Origin: Phoronis australis
Taxonomy: Eukaryota > Animalia > Phoronida
Direction of reading: 5' to 3'
Assembly: GCA_002633005.1 (NCBI GenBank)
Contig: NMRA01000158.1
Coordinates: 1 to 58,846, forward strand
DNA length: 58,846 nt
Shown here: piece by piece, positions 51,461-58,846 of the stretch
Numbering within the stretch: position 1 is the stretch's first letter
Layout of the letters: every line of letters starts with the position of its first letter
The notes under the pieces: generated by a model
The model's input: the letters and a program-made list of their open reading frames with translations, nothing else
Database searches by the model: none
Told to the model about the DNA's origin: nothing
Translations under genes and position numbers: made by a program

Positions 51461-51805
51461 TTATCATTGTCAAAAAATAAACCACCCTGGTGATTTTAAG
51501 AACGAGAAGGCTTTAAAAATTGTCCATTTAATTCAATTACTGAAAATTTAGTTTTATATAAAAATACAAAAGGTCTTTTAAAAACATATTTCGTGAGAAA
51601 GAAAAAGATTATTTGGTTGTTTAACTAAACTGCTAATTAATTTTAATTTTTCTTAAGTTCTTATATAGGAAAGTGCTTGTGCGCACACAGTCATTGAAAG
51701 TGTGCAATAAAATTTCAACAGAAGTAAAATCACGTAGATATCATAACGCTCAATCAAGATACATCAAAGTATAAAGACTCTTGCATAACTGAAATATATA
51801 GTTCA

Positions 51806-52410
51806 TCACCTATACTCATAGTCTATATAGTCTATTTTTCTGGTTCGCCAGGCGTTCTTCAGGTTTTTACGCAGATTTAGCATTTGTGAGACGTCTTGAA
51901 TTAGCCCAATGAATGTGGAGTATAAACAATGTTTAAATCCAGGAATGAACTCATCTCGTAAATCATCATATAAACTACAATTTGTAATAAAATGGAACTC
52001 GTCCTCTGTTACAGAAATTACAAACGTTTGGCAAATCACACAGTTTCTCAATTCCCTATCAATTATACCCCTTCCTGTTTCAATTTCTAAACAATAATTG
52101 GAGCATCTAGTTTCATTTATTGATTTTCTAAGTTTTGCGTTTTGTATCATGTCTAAGTATTGCAAAATACAGAAATCTTGAAACACGTCAGTCAGCATAC
52201 AAAGTTAATTTACCATTACAATCGACTTCACTTTCCCATTCTTGGAATGCACAATCCTTTTAACCTTTGTTTGAATTCAGACAAAAAATCGTTTTATCAC
52301 CTACCCCTTGCTGAGCCCAGATATAGCTAAATCCATATTTACATAACAGATGTGAATCGTCCAAGTTGTTCTTCCATTTTCGTCGTATACTCTCAACACG
52401 TGGGTACATA
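51806..52410 (-). mobile_element. RTE-X-like LINE 3' fragment
   Basis: RCSNYCLEIETGR...RNCVIC...EDEFHFITNCSLYDDLR. A smaller similar relic lies at ~46270-46495. Confidence 0.8.
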
Positions 52411-52429
52411 GCAATTATCACTGGAACCA

Positions 52430-52580
52430 CTTAATGCCTTATTAACATATAGTTGATATCGAGCTGAGGAACTAGAAACCTGGCTCAAGTGTCTAGCAGT
52501 TTAACCCACTTACACGCGAATCCACGACCTCGAGTAAAGAAAGCTGGCACCCATCACAATAGGCCATATTGCCTCCACCT
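52430..52580 (-). mobile_element. tRNA-derived SINE copy
   Basis: Reverse complement aligns with 11340-11480 (GGAGGCAATATGGCCTA...CTCGAGGTCGTGG...CTAGACACTTGAGCCAGGTTTCTAGTTCCTCA). Confidence 0.75.
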
Positions 52581-53150
52581 CGTAGACAAGTAGGTCCAGC
52601 AAGGGTCTTCACAGAAGTACAGCTTTCTTATGTTTTGTTCACCCATCATGTTCCATGTCCTATATACAATGCTGAGCGCAATCAGAGTCCCGGTTCGAAT
52701 GCAACACGGGACCGGGATATTTTCAGACATAACTAAATGTCACATGATGTGACCAACATGTCGCGTGTATGAATACTAATAACTTTTACCTATACGTGTA
52801 CGATATCAACGCGCCGATTTATAACAACAGATCTCTGTACGTTTGTTATATTTTGGTCATCTGGGTTAGCAACATAATTTCTCAGAAATGGCCGTTCCGA
52901 CTCTGTTGAAACTTCAGATTGTTTGCTTTGTCTTCAAAACGCTTTTAGGGATGGGATATTAAAAATAGGGTGTTGTGTTGCATAAAAATTGAATTGACTA
53001 TCTATTGAACTGTATCAGCATTTTTGAGATTTCTTCTTTAACAATAGATCTAATAAAATCTGGTCATGTAATTGATGCCGTTGTTTTCCTTTCAATGTAA
53101 ACTACCTTAAGAATCAATAAATCTATTACTGGACTTACGGTACGTGGAGA

Positions 53151-53756
53151 TGGCTACGTTGCGTCCTCCTCTCGAAGACTTCATCAGGCCACTGAGTTGT
53201 CACGTGACTTGTCATGTAATCTGTCGTACAGTTTCCGCGGAATTCTCTTCAGCGCCCTATCCCATGTCCTAGGTAGGTGAAACCGCAGCCCCCCCCCCTG
53301 TCTATTGAGGCTAGTATTCTCAATTCTCTAGTAGATAGCTTCTTTGACCCCTCTCCGAAACCAATTCTCTTCTCTATCCAGGATCTTCACATCTTCCATG
53401 GCGAAAGAGTGGTCTGTGGAAGCCATGTGACTAAAAACTGCAGAATCATAGTAGTCCCCATAACTGGACCTCCGATGCTGGTTGAAACAACTTTTCAGGG
53501 CTTGTTTGGTTTCCCCAATGTATGCTGCTCCACACCCCGGTTCCGAGCATGAAGTTGTTAAATGTGAAAGACACACCAGAAGGAGTCAATTGTTAAATGT
53601 GAAAGACAAAACCAGCAAAGAGAAAACATCAAATGTGGTGTATGGCATTTCATGCTCGGAACCGTGGAGTGGAGCAGCATACATTGGGGAAACCAAACAA
53701 GCCCTGAAAAGTCGTTTCAAGCAGCATCGGAGGTCCAGTTATGGGGACTGCTATGA
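53151..53756. mobile_element. Penelope-like fragment with inverted GIY-YIG duplication and decayed hammerhead
   Basis: Minus-strand YIGETKQAL...DREENWFRRGVKEAIY and plus-strand SNVVYGISC...YIGETKQ. 53446-53553 is inverted at 53648-53756. Hammerhead-like core at 53151-53191. Confidence 0.85.
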
Positions 53757-56116
53757 GTGCAATGCACGCATCCTGAATATTTCTCGTTAGGTTATTATGA
53801 AATCTGACATTAGGCTTTAATGTGAGAGTCCTCGGTCACTGACTTCTACATTACATTAACGCGTGTGTAGTACATTGCATACATGTATGAATGAAAGCGA
53901 TGCTTGCGTTCTCAAAAAACAACGTTGGCGTTCCATACGTTACAACGGTGGCGTGTGGCAGTTGTGGATAGATTTTCCAGTTAAACAGTACCACACGAGG
54001 TTTTGTGCAGATTTGTAACAGCAGTGATGATACAACAATTTATTCAGTTACGCCACTTCATAAAGTAATGCTATCCCTTAGTCGAATTGGAGGTGACTTG
54101 AGGGCTTCGAAAGAACTGTCATTTCTTTATTTCGGCTTGGTCAAAAACAATGACCCATAACTTCTTTCAGAGCTCAGAAATCACTTATAAATAGAGTAAG
54201 GAACAGGATACGACCGATTTCATAGTGGTCAGTGCTTTCAATGAAGAAGTCCTTGATAGTAAGCAAGGGTTTCAGGCTCGCGAAGACTCTTATCAAATTC
54301 TTTAATGGCACTGAAACAGGCCTGGGCTCGTGGATATGAGATTTTTGAGCCTCCATCATCTGTAATATCACGGAGCCAATCAATGAACCCATTGTTTATT
54401 TCATACAGAGCCAGGTACCTCTAGAACAGCTTGCTTATCTGAAATATACCACATAACACACCAGGAAAGCAGGTTTGTATTTGTCAGTTGATTAGTCATG
54501 TGTCATGTAAACAAAGGTTTTGGCAAAATGGAAACATGAATTTGTAAGCAATGAAACTACAGATGTAAGTTTTCAGTCACGAAACCTTGAAAATTACGCA
54601 AAACCAAGACTTTCTCTTCAACTTTGGCTTGAATTTAACAGACAAGATGGGGTACAATGCCACGTGCAGTAGTACTTAAACAAAAAGAAGGTCACTGATA
54701 TCACTATAAAACATTGAAAGATAACCCAAAGAGTCATGCGGTATCACCCGGGGTACCACTACAACACAAAACATGACAGTTGGGTCGTATAGACCTAATG
54801 CGCTGTAAGACTAGACCTGAAAGGAAAACAGGGACCAGACTATTCCCGGGCATCCAGGGCCACTGGCGGGTGCGTGTACATAATGTTCGGTGTAACTGAA
54901 GAGTTTATATTGACTAATTTTACCGAGAAATGGCTGGAACCATACTTCAAGGTCTGGCTAATGATGCCACTACGAAGAAAAATAACAAAATAAAATGCAA
55001 TGAAATTAGGCTTCATGTGATAACAAAGACAATCGAGAGAAGCTCAGTCGATTGCACAGCCTGAAATGTGCAGTGCAAAGTATCGCGAAACCTAGGGGTC
55101 GCAAACTCTGACACTAAAGGTCACGGGTCACGCGCAGAAGTTGGCATTCCAGTTTCATCAGTTCTATGGTAAAATTTATATTATTTAGACTGTCTAGATA
55201 CATTATAAACAGTTGGCATAATGTAAAGCAATTTCCGTAGGATTTAAATTATACGGAAACAATTCTGCTGCTATGATAAAGGAACGGTATTATTGAAAAC
55301 GCCCATGAGAATGAAGGCTACCACTCTACTCCTACTTATAGGTAGGCCTTTGAGGAGTTTCTTGTTTCTGGGATACCGTAGTATATGACGAGAACCCAGG
55401 AAGTGAAACCTGACTGTTACCACGGCTCACAGCAAGCACTTTTAATAATTAGTCAAATAGTACACAACTTCATTTTCCTGACATGTTTCGATGCGCACTC
55501 CTCATTCTCAAAATTTCAAGAATCAGCATGATGTAAAGGTCAAGGTAACAGTAAGCGGTCATGCTGGTGGGAGATATGATAGATGAATAACACAAGGGTA
55601 AACAAGCCTCCACCAAGGTGGTGTATTTGCACATTCAGGGATGGTTTTATCCAATGAATATACAAAGCCTCCTTAAGTTTAAGTCTATAGTCTGTCACTG
55701 TTCAAGATACTAAAACTGGACACTGAGTATTCTGACATGCATTCTGGATGACCATGCAGATGTTTGTAGACTTAAACTTAAAGATAGTCTCCAGCGACCA
55801 AAACACCCTTTGACACCAGAAATACAAATGATGTTTTTGTTTCTTGCGTACGAGAGAAAGTAATTAATGGCGACGTAAATTACACCGCCCATAATTCGTA
55901 GCGCCCTCGAGCGCCCCAGAGAAATTCTCAATCAGCGTAAATTGGTACTTATGGCATCATCGTGCAAACGAAACGTCCCCGAAGCCTCACCTGCGTAACA
56001 GCTGAGAGTCATTTCTTGGACGTAGGCTAGTTATCGGTCTCTGGGCTAAAATATCGCGTTGGGTACGGGTGCAGCAATCTAAGCGTCCTTGGCATNGCGC
56101 AACATAACGGTCCAGT

Positions 56117-57300
56117 CTGCAGTAGGACAGTGCTGGCTGGGTCAGTCTGGGTCAACTAGGCATAACCAAAATCAAGTGAACTGAAAGCCAGCCAGCTGCG
56201 TCTTTTCATTGGTGACCGAAGGAAACAACGGCATTCGAAAATCTCGAATAATTCAAAAGTAGACGTTGTAGCGCAAAATGGAAAATATCTTCTGAAAGCC
56301 CGTCCACAACTCTACGTACTTTGATAGAGCATACAATCAACTACAATAAAGAACAATAGATGGCGCAACATTACAGACGAGGCATGCTTTGCAGTAGGAC
56401 AGTGCTGGCTGGGTCAGTCTGGGTCAACTAGGCATAACCAAAACAAAGTGAGCTGAAAGCCAGCCAGCTGCGTTTGACCGAAGGAACAACGGTATCCGAA
56501 AATCTCAAATAATTCAAAAAGTAGACGTCGTAGCGCAAAATGGAAAATATCTCCTGAAAGCCCGTTCAAAACCTTATCTAAAGTGTTAGTTTGGCAAAAA
56601 TCCAAAAAATTTTCGAGAAAATTGAAAATTTGCCAATTTTTTTCAAATTCAAAGTCAAATAACTCGAAAACGGTAAGTCTGAGAAATACGCTCTCGCAGA
56701 CTTTTTGAAAGGCCATACTTTAAGGAATCCGCATGCAAAAATTCACGTCATTTGCTCTTCCCATAAAAAATGCGACACCAGAGCGATTGAAACCGTGTGA
56801 ACATGCCCCACAGCCGCCATCTTGAAAGTGATTTCCGGTTCAATATTTTTTTATAAAAGCTTATTAAACTCAACAAACACGTGACCAGTTTGAAAGTGAT
56901 TGGTTTACAAATGCGCCCTCTACAGGAGAAAACGTTTTTAGCCATATTTCGGGGTGCGCATGCGCCACGTCCAATATTTCCGCCATCTTGAACCGGAAGT
57001 CAACGATTTTCTGCACACTTGTAGCACATTTGTTCTAGTATATTCGTATTGATTTTCAGCCATGTAGGTCGAAAAATGCGGCCTTTACGAGCATTTGACT
57101 GTGAAATCGGATACAAAATGGCCGCCATGTCCGCCATTTTGTATCCAATCATGACGAAAAACAATAGGCTTCTAGGACTTCTAGATCTACACGTCGTGTA
57201 CAAATTTCGTGAAAATCAGACGAAAATTGCGACCTGTAGAGTGCGAACAAACAAAATGAAAGCGCTCTGAGGAGCGAAACTTGGCGAAATTAACCAAAAA
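56117..57300. mobile_element. Helentron/HINE-like non-autonomous element with a duplicated ~190-bp end (56117-56305 / 56389-56570)
   Basis: Typical motifs AAATAACTCGAAAACGG, GCAAAAATTCA, AAAATGGCCGCCATG and AAATTTCGTGAAAATC, followed by a (GAC/GAT)n tract. Confidence 0.55.
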
Positions 57301-57314
57301 ACACACGTTCGAGA

Positions 57315-57541
57315 GGACGAGAAAAGACGACGACAGAGATGATGACGATGATGACAGCTATGACGACGATGGTGGCGATAATGAACAACCCTAGTAGAAA
57401 TCACTAAGAAATAGGCTACAGTGTTGAGCGACACTTGGCGAAATTAATTGAAGAAAAGACAACGACGGAGATGATGACGAAGATGACGAATATGATGATG
57501 GTGGTGGCCATGATGAAGAACATCATAACATTCATATGACG
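57315..57541. repeat. (GAT/GAC)n low-complexity tract
   Basis: GACGACGACAGAGATGATGACGATGATGAC... in two blocks, ending at N57542. Confidence 0.8.
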
Positions 57542-58846
57542 NCATTGTTTTGGCGCTTCCTGGTTGACCGTAGCTTGTTCACCACTTGGCGGCGCTAGTA
57601 GTAGCGGTAACAGCGAACCCATAAGTGAACTCTCCTATACTACTACACTCCTTGGTATTATTGAAAACGCCCATGAGAATGAAGGCTACCAGGCTACTCC
57701 TAGTTATAGGTAGGCCTTTGAGGAGTTCCTTGTTTCTGGATGCCGTAGTATATGACGAGAACCCAGGGAGTGAAACCTGACTGTTACCACGGCGCACAGC
57801 AAGCACTTTTAATAATTAGCCAAATAGTACACAACTTCATTTTCCCGACATGTTTTGATGTGCACTCCTCATTCTCAAAAGTTCAAGAATCAGCATGATG
57901 TAAAGGTCAAGGTAACTAGTATGCGGTCATGCTGGTGGGAGACATGATAGATGAATAACACAAGGGTAAACAAGCCTCTACCAAGGTGGTGTATTTGCAC
58001 ATTCAGGGATGGTTTTATCCAATGAATATACAAAGCCTCCTTAAGTTTAAGTCTATAGTCTGTCACTGTTCAAGATACTAAAACTGGACACTGAGTATTC
58101 TGACATGCATTCTGGATGGCCATGCAGATGTTTGTAGACTTAAACTTAAAGAAAGTCTCCAGCGACCAAAACACCCTTTGACACTAGAAATACAAATATT
58201 GTTTTTGTTTCTTGCGTACGAGAGAAAGTAATTAATGGCGACGTAAATTACGCCGCCCATAATTCGTAACGCCTTCGAGCGCCCCAGAGAAACTCTCAAT
58301 CAGCGTAAATTGGTCATCGTGCAAACGAAACTTCCCCTAAGCCTCACTGCGTAACAGCTGAGAGTCATTTCTCGGACGTAGGCTTGTTATCGGTCTCTGG
58401 GCTAAAATATCGCGTTGGGTACGGGTGCAGTAATCTAAGCGGCCTTGGCATACATTTGTGCAACGTCCCTGCCGTTCCCGTCATCTGCCGTGTATGGAAT
58501 AGATTTGTATTCACGACAAGGACTGGGGACAAAATTCCCGATCAGCAAAATCTGTTCTACCAGTGGCGGATCTAATATACCTTATGTTGATGCACTATTT
58601 TATTTTGCAGTGCGTAAGGTTACGTCATACTACGTGTGTCAATAGCGGATTTGCAGCGCAGACGAACTACGCATTGCGCATGTGCGAGTTACATCCTTCG
58701 CGAAGGCTCATGGGATAGCTTGTGGTCAGGCATGTCTTGAGCAGGCTGGATAGTGTGTGCATTTGGAGTGATTTGCAAACTAAAAACCATGTTTCATTTT
58801 TTGCTTTATAATACCAAGCAAGTCCTCTCTCTCGTTTGTAAACACA

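Larger units (their letters stand above)
55286..58451. repeat. ~800-bp direct repeat (55286-56095 / 57654-58451)
   Basis: Roughly 95% identical by eye. The first copy stops at N56096. Explains the twin ORFs 55710-55931 and 58078-58299. Confidence 0.85.

Noticed and set aside
55710-58299. Conserved 73-aa gene pair (55710-55931, 58078-58299) or LTRs
   Set aside because: The similarity simply reflects the DNA repeat. Starts are non-ATG, no domain is recognisable, and there are no LTR termini or internal gag/pol.

Overview
AT-rich, repeat-dense, intron-containing animal genomic DNA, most likely from a marine invertebrate (the species cannot be determined from this window). It is a draft scaffold with single-N joins, and several joins duplicate overlapping allelic contig ends. 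Three host genes can be reconstructed by hand. (1) A 9-exon CCDC122-like coiled-coil gene (+, 7275-12444) with a 16-nt microexon and an apparent GC-AG intron. (2) A minus-strand gene with no coding introns (18170-21331). It encodes a GlnD/GlnE/DUF294-like pol-beta nucleotidyltransferase plus helical domain fused to about 11 TPR repeats of about 42 aa. The two listed ORFs are one continuous frame split by a single TAA at the enzyme/TPR linker, and an IRF-type motif lies near the candidate promoter. This is the best candidate for an uncharacterised system (a sensor-gated nucleotidyltransferase, possibly immune). (3) A signal-peptide + cysteine-less V-type Ig gene (+, from 33181), with plausible downstream stalk and tail exons. 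The rest is mostly transposon debris: MITEs with 5-bp TSDs (one nested), foldback and long-TIR elements, Helentron-like elements, tRNA-derived SINEs, L1/Tx1 and RTE-X LINEs, and Penelope fragments with a decayed hammerhead ribozyme. All calls are by eye; no searches were run.
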